NCBI RefSeq assembly: GCF_900167395.1 | Contig: NZ_FUWK01000001.1 | Coordinates: 120,001 to 152,000 of the forward strand | Source: Nitrosomonas europaea | Lineage (GTDB): Bacteria > Pseudomonadota > Gammaproteobacteria > Burkholderiales > Nitrosomonadaceae | Length of the DNA: 32,000 nt | Direction of reading: 5' to 3' | Part shown: piece after piece, positions 1-10,545 of the stretch | Position numbering within the stretch: position 1 is the stretch's first letter | How the letters are laid out: every line of letters starts with the position of its first letter | Program-made: the position numbers and the translations under genes | The notes under the pieces: model-generated | Database searches by the model: none | What the model was told of the DNA's origin: nothing | The model's input: the letters and a program-made list of their open reading frames with translations, nothing else

Positions 1-1103
1 CGGGAAAGCGCTTTTCTGGCGATTGCAACAAGCGCCTGTTCGCGAAATTCCAGCTCAACCCCGCCTTCCATGCTGAACAGCTTGTTATACTGTTTGATCA
101 GTGCATTCTTAGGTTCGACCAGAATCTGAATCAAAGCAGCTTCGTTCAATTCACTTAATGTTGCCACCACCGGCAGGCGCCCGACAAACTCTGGAATCAA
201 GCCATATTTGATCAGATCCTCAGGCTCGATATCTTTCAGGATTTTGTTTAGTTCTTTGCGATCATTCTGATTGATGACATCTGCGCCAAAACCGATACCG
301 CTTTTTTCAGAACGTCCCCGTATGATTTTATCGATACCGTCAAATGCACCACCACAAATGAAGAGAATATTGGTGGTGTCGATCTGGATAAACTCCTGAT
401 TGGGATGTTTGCGTCCACCCTGGGGAGGTACCAAGGCAGTTGTTCCTTCAATCAGTTTAAGCAGCGCTTGCTGTACACCTTCCCCCGAAACATCCCGGGT
501 TATCGACGGGTTATCCGATTTGCGTGAAATTTTGTCTATCTCATCGATGTATACAATTCCACGCTGAGCTTTTTCCACATCGTGGTTACATTTTTGCAGC
601 AGCTTCTGAATAATGTTTTCAACATCTTCACCGACATATCCGGCTTCTGTCAGTGTGGTTGCATCAGCGATGACAAACGGAACATCCAGTAACCTTGCCA
701 GTGTCTGTGCCAGCAAAGTCTTGCCGGATCCGGTCGGCCCGATCAGCAGTATGTTGCTTTTGGAAAGCTCAACATCGTCACCGTTGTTGACTTTTGACAG
801 ATTTTTTAACCGTTTGTAATGATTGTAGACCGCAACGGAAAGTATTTTTTTTGCAGATTCCTGTCCAATGACATATTGATCCAGCGTTTCGCGGATTTCA
901 TGCGGGGTTGGCAAACTGGTTTTAGCCAGCTTGGCAGTTTCATCGACCTGAATTTCCTCACGAATGATATCGTTACAAAGATCGATACACTCATCACAAA
1001 TGAACACGGAAGGCCCGGCAATCAGTTTCCTGACTTCTCGCTGACTCTTTCCACAAAAGGAACAATACAAAAGTTTCTCGTCGTTTGTTTTCTCGGACAT
1101 CAT
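1..1103 (-). CDS. clpX: ATP-dependent Clp protease ATP-binding subunit ClpX, partial (the 3' end runs off the window start, so the C-terminal part is missing)
   Basis: Absent from the ORF track because it is open at the window edge. My reverse-strand translation from the ATGATG at 1103/1100 gives [47 protein letters not shown], the ClpX zinc ribbon. The Walker A motif [18 protein letters not shown] lies near 700-760. The frame is still open at nt 59-3, reading [19 protein letters not shown]. It sits downstream of clpP in the canonical tig-clpP-clpX order. Confidence 0.95.
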   Translation of the reverse strand, partial: MMSEKTNDEKLLYCSFCGKSQREVRKLIAGPSVFICDECIDLCNDIIREEIQVDETAKLAKTSLPTPHEIRETLDQYVIGQESAKKILSVAVYNHYKRLKNLSKVNNGDDVELSKSNILLIGPTGSGKTLLAQTLARLLDVPFVIADATTLTEAGYVGEDVENIIQKLLQKCNHDVEKAQRGIVYIDEIDKISRKSDNPSITRDVSGEGVQQALLKLIEGTTALVPPQGGRKHPNQEFIQIDTTNILFICGGAFDGIDKIIRGRSEKSGIGFGADVINQNDRKELNKILKDIEPEDLIKYGLIPEFVGRLPVVATLSELNEAALIQILVEPKNALIKQYNKLFSMEGGVELEFREQALVAIARKALS

Positions 1104-1160
1104 TCCACCCCGCAATCATCGAACGAATTCGCCCCATTATTCAGCAAGGGCAACTTGGTT

Positions 1161-1805
1161 TTACTCCTGTTTCACTTCTCTGCTGGTCAATACTGCATCT
1201 ACCAAGCCATACTTTACTGCAGCCTCTGCACCGAGAAAATTGTCACGGTCAGTATCTCTCTCAATTGCTTTGACCGTTTGACCGGTATGTTTGGCCATAA
1301 TTTCATTCAAACGGCTTTTCAACGCCAGAATTTCCTTGGCATGTATTTCTATATCAGATGCCTGTCCCTGAAATCCACCCAGCGGCTGGTGAATCATGAC
1401 ACGCGAGTTAGGCAGGCAATAGCGTTTGCCTTTAGCGCCCGCAGTCAGCAGAAAAGCGCCCATGCTAGCCGCCTGACCTACACAAAGCGTACTGACATCC
1501 GGCTTGATGAACTGTATGGTGTCATACACAGCCAAGCCTGCCGTGACGAGACCACCAGGAGAGTTGATATACAGGAAAATATCTTTCTCAGAATTTTCAG
1601 ATTCTAAAAACAGAAGCTGTGCAATTACCAGATTGGCAGAAGTTTCTGTGACCGGTCCCACCAGAAAAATGATTCTTTCCCTGAGCAGTCTCGAATAAAT
1701 ATCATAGGCACGTTCCCCCCGGCCACTGGTCTCGATGACCATGGGGATCAGGCCTAATCCTGTAGTATCCAATCCGTTTCTCTCTCGATCAAACATTGGT
1801 TGCAT
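1161..1805 (-). CDS. clpP: ATP-dependent Clp protease proteolytic subunit ClpP
   Basis: The 214-aa track ORF contains [41 protein letters not shown] (catalytic Ser) and MIHQPLGG (catalytic His). The start is uncertain: ATG 1805 or ATG 1796 overlap the tig stop, while TTG 1772, preceded by GAGAGA, would not. Confidence 0.93.
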   Translation of the reverse strand: MQPMFDRERNGLDTTGLGLIPMVIETSGRGERAYDIYSRLLRERIIFLVGPVTETSANLVIAQLLFLESENSEKDIFLYINSPGGLVTAGLAVYDTIQFIKPDVSTLCVGQAASMGAFLLTAGAKGKRYCLPNSRVMIHQPLGGFQGQASDIEIHAKEILALKSRLNEIMAKHTGQTVKAIERDTDRDNFLGAEAAVKYGLVDAVLTSREVKQE

Positions 1806-3108
1806 GTGAATAACCCATCAATTCGTCGAAGGTAACACTTTGATCAATGATTTTGGCTTTATCCAATAACCATGATACGGCATTATCTTCCAGTATAAGA
1901 GGTTCAATTTCCTTGAGCCGTTCCGGTGATGCGTAATGCCATTTGATGACCTGCTCAGGATTTTCATAACCCTGAGCATACTCCTCGATAAAACTTCTGA
2001 CCTGCTCAGGTTTGACACTTAATTCATGCGTATCAATCAGCTTGGATAAAATGAGGCCCAGTCTGACACGTCGCTCAGCTTTTTCCAGAAATACATCTCC
2101 TGATAAACTCTGATCTTTACGAAAGCCGCGTGCTGCACGTGAATTTTGCATTTCTTCTGCCAACCGATCGGCTTCCTGCCGGATCAGAACCTTGGGAACC
2201 TGTATCAAAACCTTATCCAGCAAGGACTGCATGACCTGCTCTTTGAGTTTTGTACGAATGCGCTGACTGATTTCACGCTGAAGATTGGCTTTGATTTCCG
2301 ATCGCATTTTGTCGATATCACCCTCCGCAACCCCCAAAGATTTGGCAAATTCACCATCCACCTCCGGTAGCTTTGGGGCTTCAAGCTTATTGAGCCTGAT
2401 GGTAAAGCTTACCTTCTTTCCGGCGACGTCCTTCCCCGGATAATCCGCAGGAAAAGTCATATCAAACGTTTTTTCCTGCCCCGCAGTCATGCCTAGAATG
2501 GAAGACTCGAAATCCTCCAGAAGATGACCGTTTCCAAGGATGACACTATAGTCATCAGCCTGACCGCCGGGAAATCCTTCTCCATCGAGAACCCCTCTAT
2601 AATCAATTGTGACCCGATCACCTGTTTGTGCCGGACGATCTGTCGGCTCATAAGTTGCCCGCTGTTTACGCAGAATATCCAGTGTTTTCTGGATTTCTGC
2701 ATCCCCAATCTGCAGAACAGGTTTGTTTACCGTAATCGAGCTTAAATCGCCCAGTTCAATATCAGGGTAGATTTCAAAGGTTGCACGAAACTCATAGCTT
2801 GTTGCACCGTTTGCGTCGGAATTTCTCGATTCAAAACCTGGAATACCTGCAACACGGTAATTTTCCTGGTTAACAGCATCGTTAAATTGCTGCTGCAGCA
2901 GTTCTCCCAGAACTTCATGCTCAACCTGGTGACCATATTGCTGGGCTACGATTTTCAATGGAACCTTGCCCGGACGGAACCCCTGAACCTTGACTTTGGG
3001 AGCCAAACGCTTCAGTCGCACACCTACTTCAGCTTCAACCTTTTCCCGCGAAACAGAAAGTTCAATATTGCGCTCCAGTGGATTGGAGGCTTCCCCTTGT
3101 GTCTGCAT
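1789..3108 (-). CDS. tig: Trigger factor (ribosome-associated peptidyl-prolyl isomerase chaperone)
   Basis: The 439-aa ORF has an N-terminus containing [17 protein letters not shown], the ribosome-binding signature GFRxGxxP. A central FKBP-like segment is present. AGGAAA lies just upstream of the ATG, and the gene sits upstream of clpP-clpX. Confidence 0.95.
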   Translation of the reverse strand: MQTQGEASNPLERNIELSVSREKVEAEVGVRLKRLAPKVKVQGFRPGKVPLKIVAQQYGHQVEHEVLGELLQQQFNDAVNQENYRVAGIPGFESRNSDANGATSYEFRATFEIYPDIELGDLSSITVNKPVLQIGDAEIQKTLDILRKQRATYEPTDRPAQTGDRVTIDYRGVLDGEGFPGGQADDYSVILGNGHLLEDFESSILGMTAGQEKTFDMTFPADYPGKDVAGKKVSFTIRLNKLEAPKLPEVDGEFAKSLGVAEGDIDKMRSEIKANLQREISQRIRTKLKEQVMQSLLDKVLIQVPKVLIRQEADRLAEEMQNSRAARGFRKDQSLSGDVFLEKAERRVRLGLILSKLIDTHELSVKPEQVRSFIEEYAQGYENPEQVIKWHYASPERLKEIEPLILEDNAVSWLLDKAKIIDQSVTFDELMGYSHATNV

Positions 3109-3193
3109 CTATTTTCCTGAACTGATAAGTAACGTCAATTAAACAAGCGGTATGATCATGCCGCACGCCTCACGTTTGGCCGGATCATTTTCA

Positions 3194-3279
<86 letters not shown>

Positions 3280-3444
3280 GTGCCGGGTCATTCAAAAGAC
3301 AGCGGATCCATAACCCCACAAACCAGGGGCCGATTATTGCTCAATTACTGCTTTTACAGCCGTAACGGCTATCGTACGGCCGATCACACCACAACCCTTT
3401 GCGATTATACCCTCTTCCAACGGACATCACAGATTTCCTGCCTG

Positions 3445-4209
3445 TCATGCGCTCTGTTCTTTCTGACAGTCAAACGTTTTGCCGGTTATCCCAGCGCTGT
3501 TCGGCCCCATCAGAAAGAGATACGTTTCCATCAGATCTGTTGGTTTGGGCAATATACGATTATTGCTGCCTGGATGGGTTTTGGTACGCTGTGGTGTATC
3601 TACGGCACCGGGAATCAACGTGTTAATGCGCAAATTTGGATAAATTTCCCACTCCTCAGCCTGAATTTTAACCAGCACCTCCACTCCTGCTTTGGCCACT
3701 GCAAAAGCACCCCAGTAAGCTGCCGGAGTCTGGCCATGAGTATCTCCCGTCATGATCACACTGGCATCAGGAGAAGCATTGAGCAACGGAAAACAAGCAC
3801 GCGTCAGCATGGCAGGTATCAGAAGATTGACTTGTATGATGGTCTGCCAATGCGCTGAGGTATGAAACGCAAGCGGCATCGGGCCGTAAGTCCAGGCGGC
3901 ATTGTGCAAAATACCATCCAGTCTGCCAAGCTGAGAAGCAATTGCTTCAACCAGCTCCGTAATGCCGGCTTCAGTAGCCTGCTCGTAATCGAATGGCAAA
4001 ATGATTGCCGAAGCTCTGCCAAGCGCTTCGATTTCATCATAAACCTGCTCAAGTTTCTCGGTTTTACGGCCATGTAAAATGACCGTGGCACCCTGTTCTG
4101 CATAAGCCAGAGCAGCAGCACGCCCGATACCCTGCCCTGCGCCCGTAACCAGGATAACCCGGTCTGCCAGCATATTCCGGTCATCCAGACAAGTTTTCAA
4201 AATATTCAA
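3445..4209 (-). CDS. YciK-like short-chain dehydrogenase/reductase family protein (atypical active-site motif)
   Basis: The 254-aa ORF carries the Rossmann motif VTGAGQGIG, an LHNAA motif, and overall collinearity with E. coli YciK as I recall it. The expected YxxxK position reads FAVAK (see findings). Confidence 0.85.
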   Translation of the reverse strand: MNILKTCLDDRNMLADRVILVTGAGQGIGRAAALAYAEQGATVILHGRKTEKLEQVYDEIEALGRASAIILPFDYEQATEAGITELVEAIASQLGRLDGILHNAAWTYGPMPLAFHTSAHWQTIIQVNLLIPAMLTRACFPLLNASPDASVIMTGDTHGQTPAAYWGAFAVAKAGVEVLVKIQAEEWEIYPNLRINTLIPGAVDTPQRTKTHPGSNNRILPKPTDLMETYLFLMGPNSAGITGKTFDCQKEQSA

Positions 4210-4233
4210 TATAGTTATTCCAGCGCAACCGAT

Positions 4234-4284
4234 AAAAAATCAAAAACCACAACGTCCGGTGTTTTACATACCGATCCGTTGTGG
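4234..4284 (-). terminator. Candidate intrinsic terminator downstream of groEL
   Basis: On the minus strand the stem CCACAACG (4284-4277) pairs with CGTTGTGG (4254-4247) around a 22-nt loop. It is followed by TTTTTGATTTTTT and lies 40 nt after the groEL stop. Confidence 0.55.
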
Positions 4285-4323
4285 CTTATGACTAAAACAG
4301 ATAGACCGACCGGTTTGGGCCGA

Positions 4324-5991
<1,668 letters not shown>

Positions 5992-6006
5992 TTATTCAAC
6001 AATCCA

Positions 6007-6297
6007 TTAACCTTCAATCACACCCATGATGTCTTCTTCACGCATCACCAGGAACTCTTCACCTTTGATTTTTACGGCCTGGCCGGCATACTTTCCAAAA
6101 AGCACCCTGTCGCCGACTTTGACTTCCAGCGCACGGATCTTGCCATCTTCACCCGTTTTTCCTTTGCCAACGGCAATAATCTCACCCTGATCCGGTTTTT
6201 CCGCCGCGGTATCAGGAATGACGATGCCGGATGCTGTCTTGCGTTCTTCCTCCAATCGCTTGACAATTACACGATCATGCAAAGGGCGGATATTCAT
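6007..6297 (-). CDS. groES: Co-chaperonin GroES (Cpn10)
   Basis: The 96-aa ORF begins [35 protein letters not shown] and lies directly upstream of groEL. Confidence 0.98.
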
Positions 6298-6398
6298 AGT
6301 CCTTTTCTCCTACAATGATTAACGAAAACGATAAGAAATCTGATTTTTTGATTCAGTAGTTTCAGCGCTTATCGAGCACTATCCATCCAGACAGATTA

Positions 6399-6425
6399 TT
6401 AGCACTCAACAGCAACGAGTGCTAA
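6399..6425. promoter_or_regulatory. CIRCE operator (HrcA binding site), a perfect match to the consensus
   Basis: The sequence TTAGCACTC-AACAGCAAC-GAGTGCTAA equals the consensus TTAGCACTC-N9-GAGTGCTAA with no mismatch. It lies about 100 nt upstream of the groES ATG. Confidence 0.9.
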
Positions 6426-6453
6426 TAATAGAGACTATCATAAGGAATTTCAA
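6425..6453 (-). promoter_or_regulatory. Candidate groESL promoter (TTGAAA-N17-TATTAT)
   Basis: The minus strand reads gcTTGAAAttccttatgatagtctcTATTATtagcactc. The -35 element is at 6453-6448 and the -10 at 6430-6425, with a 17-nt spacer. The -10 abuts CIRCE, as in classical HrcA-controlled promoters. The -35 CTTGAAA would also fit a sigma32 -35, but I see no good CCCCAT -10. Confidence 0.6.
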
Positions 6454-6457
6454 GCCC

Positions 6458-7768
6458 GTGAACGATAAAAAATCAGCTATGCGCAGTCACCGTGTCGTCT
6501 GGCACCCCTGCACCCAGATGAAACATCATGAAGAATTTCCTCCTGTACTGATTACCAGAGGGGAAGGCGTGTGGTTATACGATGCAGACGGTCAGCGCTA
6601 TCTGGATACCATCAGTTCCTGGTGGGTCAATCTGTTCGGACATTGCAATCCGCGCATCAATGCAGCCATCATCGATCAGCTCGGCAGGCTGGAGCACACC
6701 ATGCTGGCCGGATTAACGCATGAGCCGGTCGTCGAGCTGTCGGAACGGTTGAGTACGATCACCCCGGGCAGTCTGAGCCATTGCTTCTACGCCAGTGACG
6801 GTGCATCGGCCAATGAAATCGCACTCAAAATGAGTTTCCACTACTGGCAGCAAAGTGGTTTCCCCGAAAAAACTCAATTCATCAACCTGCAAAATGGCTA
6901 CCACGGAGAGACACTGGGCGCTTTATCGGTCACAGATGTGCCCATTTTCAGACAGGTGTATGCCCCGCTGTTACGCCCTGCACATCCGGTACTCACACCT
7001 GACTGGCGTTTTGCCGAAGCAGGAGAAACCCCGGAAGCGCATGCATTGAAGGCTGCTGCCGCGCTGGAAAGTTACCTCACGCAACACCATGCCAGCACAG
7101 CGGCACTGATTCTGGAGCCACTGGTGCAGGGAGCGGCCGGGATGGGAATGTACCACCCGGTCTATCTGCAAAAAGCCCGGGAAATCTGTGATACTTACCG
7201 GATTCATCTGATCACGGATGAAATTGCAGTAGGGTTTGGCCGAACAGGTACCCTGTTTGCATGTGAACAGGCAGCAATTACGCCAGACATCATGTGTCTT
7301 GCCAAAGGGTTGAGCGGAGGATATCTGCCACTGTCAGTCGTCCTGACCAATGACACAATTTATCGCGCCTTTTACAGCGATCAAACCAGTCAGGCTTTTC
7401 TCCATTCACACTCGCACTCGGGTAATGCGCTGGCCTGCCGCGCTGCTCTGGCCACGCTTGATATCATTGAACAAGATAATGTAATTGAAACGAATCGCCA
7501 CAAAACCAAGTTTCTCAATCAGTGTTTGCAGTCCGTCCGGACACATCCAAACGTCAGGCATTTTCGTAACTGCGGTATGATCTGGGCGTTTGAGGTAGAC
7601 AACCCCAGACCGGATTTCACAAACAGGTTTGCGCAAATGGGGCTGGAACGCCAACTCCTGATACGCCCGATGGGAAATTCGGTCTACATCATGCCGCCGT
7701 ACATCATCAACGAAGAAGAAATGGAGTTCATGGCCCAGGCTATTCTGAACATTCTCAACGAGATATAA
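6458..7768 (+). CDS. bioA: Adenosylmethionine-8-amino-7-oxononanoate aminotransferase (BioA)
   Basis: Motifs present are VWHPCTQM, SSWWVNLFGH, DEIAVGFGRTG, and the PLP lysine in CLAKGLSGGY; the protein is collinear with E. coli BioA. The start is uncertain. I prefer GTG 6458 because AAGGA lies about 10 nt upstream and the N-terminal length matches homologues. Alternatives are ATG 6479 and the track start GTG 6419, which lies inside CIRCE. Confidence 0.92.
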   Translation: MNDKKSAMRSHRVVWHPCTQMKHHEEFPPVLITRGEGVWLYDADGQRYLDTISSWWVNLFGHCNPRINAAIIDQLGRLEHTMLAGLTHEPVVELSERLSTITPGSLSHCFYASDGASANEIALKMSFHYWQQSGFPEKTQFINLQNGYHGETLGALSVTDVPIFRQVYAPLLRPAHPVLTPDWRFAEAGETPEAHALKAAAALESYLTQHHASTAALILEPLVQGAAGMGMYHPVYLQKAREICDTYRIHLITDEIAVGFGRTGTLFACEQAAITPDIMCLAKGLSGGYLPLSVVLTNDTIYRAFYSDQTSQAFLHSHSHSGNALACRAALATLDIIEQDNVIETNRHKTKFLNQCLQSVRTHPNVRHFRNCGMIWAFEVDNPRPDFTNRFAQMGLERQLLIRPMGNSVYIMPPYIINEEEMEFMAQAILNILNEI

Positions 7769-7774
7769 ACATCC

Positions 7775-9181
7775 ATGCAGATCACTTTTCTAGGCGGTGC
7801 AGGAGAAGTCACCGGGTCATGCTACCTGGTTGAAACGGCAGAAGTACGTTTTCTGGTGGACTGCGGCATGTTCCAGGGTGGACGGGATGCAGATCACAAA
7901 AATTATACTGCGATCAATTTCAATCCGGAAACGATCGATTTCGTTTTGCTGACCCACGCCCATGTGGATCATTCCGGACTGTTGCCACGCCTCGCCGTAC
8001 TGGGTTTCAGAGGGCCTGTCTACATGACCCGGGCGACTGCAGACCTGCTTGCCATCATTTTGAAAGACAGTGCACACATTCAGGAAAAAGAAGCTGAATG
8101 GTATACAAAAACGGCTTTGCGTAACAAACGTCCGTCGGGTCATAAAAATACACCACTGTATACGGTTACCCAGGCTGAAGCATTTCTCAGGCAAATACGG
8201 GGGATCGATTACGATGAGACCTGTCAGCCGCATCCCTCAGTACGCTGCCGATATCGTGATGCAGGACACATCATCGGCTCAGCCATCATCGAAGTCTGGC
8301 TGAAATCCGGTTCGCAACGAAAGAAAATCGTATTTTCGGGTGATTTGGGGCAGCCAGGCCATCCGATCGTACGTGATCCGACACTTATCGAAGAAGCCGA
8401 TTATCTGCTGGTCGAATCCACTTACGGTAACCGCCGCCACCGCAGCATGCAGGATACCCGGGATGAACTGGTTGAAATCATCTGCCGGACATTTCTGCAA
8501 AAACACGGCAATATCATCGTGCCAGCCTTTACCGTCGGCCGTACTCAGGATCTGTTATTTCTGCTGGCCGATCTGCAGCGCCAAGGATGCCTGAATGCTA
8601 TGGATGTCTATGTGGATTCGCCCATGGCGCTGGCCGCTACGGAAATCACACTCAATCACAGTGAACTGCTCGACAAAGAAACCATCGACACCATCCAATG
8701 GCACCGCCAGCATAATGAAAACCTGCGCATCCATTTTGTGCAGGAAGTCGAGGATTCGATCCGGCTCAACCACACCCGATCCGGTGCAATCATTATTTCC
8801 GCCAGCGGGATGTGTGATGCTGGACGTATCAAATATCATCTGAAATATAACCTGCCCAGACCTGAATGCAGTATTTTGTTTACCGGCTTTCAGGCAGCCG
8901 GGACGTTGGGGCGCAGACTGGTAGATGGCAACAAAAGTGTCCGCATTTTCGGGGAACAGATTCCCGTGCGGGCGTCGATCCATACCGTCGGCGGACTCTC
9001 CGCCCATGCCGATCAGCAGGATTTGCTGGACTGGCTGAAAGGATTCAGCCGTCCCCCTTTAAAAACTTTCATTGTTCATGGTGAACCCGGCAATGCCGAA
9101 GTTTTTGCCGAAGTCGTCCGGAAACAACTGAAGTGGCCGGTAAGTATTCCTCAGCGCATGACAACTGAACGACTGGACTGA
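7775..9181 (+). CDS. Metallo-beta-lactamase fold, beta-CASP family hydrolase (RNA-metabolising type)
   Basis: The 468-aa ORF has the MBL motifs VDCGMFQG, HAHVDHSG, DAGHIIGSA and FSGDLG. The beta-CASP motifs are ESTYG, GGLSAHAD and IVHGE. It starts 6 nt after the bioA stop. Confidence 0.85.
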   Translation: MQITFLGGAGEVTGSCYLVETAEVRFLVDCGMFQGGRDADHKNYTAINFNPETIDFVLLTHAHVDHSGLLPRLAVLGFRGPVYMTRATADLLAIILKDSAHIQEKEAEWYTKTALRNKRPSGHKNTPLYTVTQAEAFLRQIRGIDYDETCQPHPSVRCRYRDAGHIIGSAIIEVWLKSGSQRKKIVFSGDLGQPGHPIVRDPTLIEEADYLLVESTYGNRRHRSMQDTRDELVEIICRTFLQKHGNIIVPAFTVGRTQDLLFLLADLQRQGCLNAMDVYVDSPMALAATEITLNHSELLDKETIDTIQWHRQHNENLRIHFVQEVEDSIRLNHTRSGAIIISASGMCDAGRIKYHLKYNLPRPECSILFTGFQAAGTLGRRLVDGNKSVRIFGEQIPVRASIHTVGGLSAHADQQDLLDWLKGFSRPPLKTFIVHGEPGNAEVFAEVVRKQLKWPVSIPQRMTTERLD

Positions 9182-9239
9182 TTCCACCCTCAGCAGAAAA
9201 TGGAATCAGTAATTTCGTTATCGGATTCTCTTCTGGAAA

Positions 9240-9548
9240 TTATTTGGTTTTGCTGTTTGCCAGAATGAATTCAGCCAGACGTTGTGCCGGTTCACCGGTA
9301 ATATTGGGGAAGGAACTCATTGTCATGCCCCCTTTATTAACCTTCTCGATGATGGCTTCTTTGGTAGTCATCTTGGAACTGAGAATCATCACCTTGCCAT
9401 CTGTTTCCGGTTTATGGCATTTGGTACAGTTCGCATAAAAAATATCTTCGCCGCTGGCGTCAGCCGCTGGTGTGTAAGTATCCGTTTTCGCACAGCCCGC
9501 CAATCCGATTACCGCAGAAACCACCAACAATCCGATCATTTTGTTCAT
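9240..9548 (-). CDS. Small monohaem c-type cytochrome, predicted lipoprotein
   Basis: The haem motif CTKCH is present with a downstream GGMTM as candidate Met ligand. The signal/lipobox reads MNKMIGLLVVSAVIGLAG|C. I chose ATG 9548 (GGAGAGAG lies 5 nt upstream) rather than the track start at 9611. Confidence 0.8.
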   Translation of the reverse strand: MNKMIGLLVVSAVIGLAGCAKTDTYTPAADASGEDIFYANCTKCHKPETDGKVMILSSKMTTKEAIIEKVNKGGMTMSSFPNITGEPAQRLAEFILANSKTK

Positions 9549-9717
9549 TTTTCTCTCTCCATTGACAAGGGCCATCATTATAGCCGCTATCTGCCCTGAC
9601 TTAATCATCACGACAAAACATCATGCGATGCATTTGCAAGAATTGGTGATAGTATTTTCAGCCCGGTTACCTGCGTAACCGCTGAAAAATAAACTCTTCC
9701 TGCTATCAGAACAGTTC

Positions 9718-10482
9718 ATGAAAATTGCCACGTGGAACGTCAACTCACTCAAGGTTCGATTACAACAGGTGATCGACTGGCTGAATCTCAACCAGCCGGA
9801 TATATTGTGCTTGCAGGAAACCAAGCTTCAGGACGAATTTTTCCCGATGGATGCCATTGCACAAGCAGGCTATCGCTCGATCTATATCGGGCAGAAAACA
9901 TACAACGGCGTAGCGTTGCTGAGCAAAGAAACGGGGGAAGATATTTGTACAGCGTTGCCCGGTTTCGATGATATGCAGAAAAGGCTGATTGCAGCAACTT
10001 ACGGAGATTTACGCGTTATTTGTGCTTACGTGCCGAATGGCGAGCATGTGGATTCGGAAAAATACATTTATAAACTGGAGTGGTTGTCGCAATTGAATCG
10101 CTTTCTGCAGCAGCAACGGGCATGTTACGGCAAAGTGGCATTGTTGGGAGATTTCAATATTGCTCCGGAAGATCGTGATGTCTACGATCCAGAAGCCTGG
10201 CGAGGACAGGTACTGTGCAGTGAACCGGAGCGGCAAGCTTTTCGCGGATTACTCGATACCGGATTCGTTGACAGTTTCCATCTATTCGAACAGCCGGAAA
10301 AAACCTATACCTGGTGGGATTATCGTATGATGGCTTTCCGCCGCAACCGGGGATTACGCATCGATCACATTTTGCTGAGTCATGAAATGGCAGATCGCTG
10401 CACCATCTGGCAAGTAGACAAGCTGCCCAGAAAACTGGAACGGCCGTCAGATCATGCGCCGGTACTGGTGGAGCTGGCGTAA
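9718..10482 (+). CDS. xthA: Exodeoxyribonuclease III (AP endonuclease)
   Basis: The 254-aa ORF contains MKIATWNVNSL, LCLQETK, RIDHILLS and SDHAPVLVEL, typical of the ExoIII/Xth family. Confidence 0.95.
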   Translation: MKIATWNVNSLKVRLQQVIDWLNLNQPDILCLQETKLQDEFFPMDAIAQAGYRSIYIGQKTYNGVALLSKETGEDICTALPGFDDMQKRLIAATYGDLRVICAYVPNGEHVDSEKYIYKLEWLSQLNRFLQQQRACYGKVALLGDFNIAPEDRDVYDPEAWRGQVLCSEPERQAFRGLLDTGFVDSFHLFEQPEKTYTWWDYRMMAFRRNRGLRIDHILLSHEMADRCTIWQVDKLPRKLERPSDHAPVLVELA

Positions 10483-10545
10483 GCATCAGAGTCGCAACGT
10501 TTGCAGTTTAACAAATCAGAATGGCATGAAAGGTTTAGAGCATCA

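Noticed and set aside
819-1607. A 262-aa plus-strand ORF spanning the clpX 5' end, the clpX-clpP spacer and part of clpP.
   Set aside because: It is antisense to two very highly conserved genes. Its composition is Phe/Leu/Cys/Ile-rich with no recognisable motif. It is a typical shadow ORF of a strongly codon-biased gene.
1789-1805. An apparent 17-nt overlap of the tig stop and the clpP start, which would leave no room for a clpP promoter.
   Set aside because: The overlap depends on start-codon choice. A TTG at 1772 preceded by GAGAGA would remove it while keeping the conserved LIPMVIE N-terminus, so I do not treat the overlap as established.
3404-3409. A perfect TATAAT on the minus strand about 115 nt upstream of tRNA-Leu.
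   Set aside because: No acceptable -35 lies at 16-18 nt spacing (best candidate CTGTGA). The tRNA may instead be co-transcribed with the SDR gene. This is not enough to call a promoter.
3280-3858. A 192-aa plus-strand ORF starting next to the tRNA gene and running antisense into the SDR gene.
   Set aside because: It has no motifs. It overlaps the well-supported SDR frame and starts inside the tRNA flank.
9180-9207. The hairpin GATTCCA-(14 nt)-TGGAATC between the convergent MBL and cytochrome c genes.
   Set aside because: The stem is only 7 bp, the loop is large, and no clear U-tract follows on either strand. This is too weak to call a terminator.
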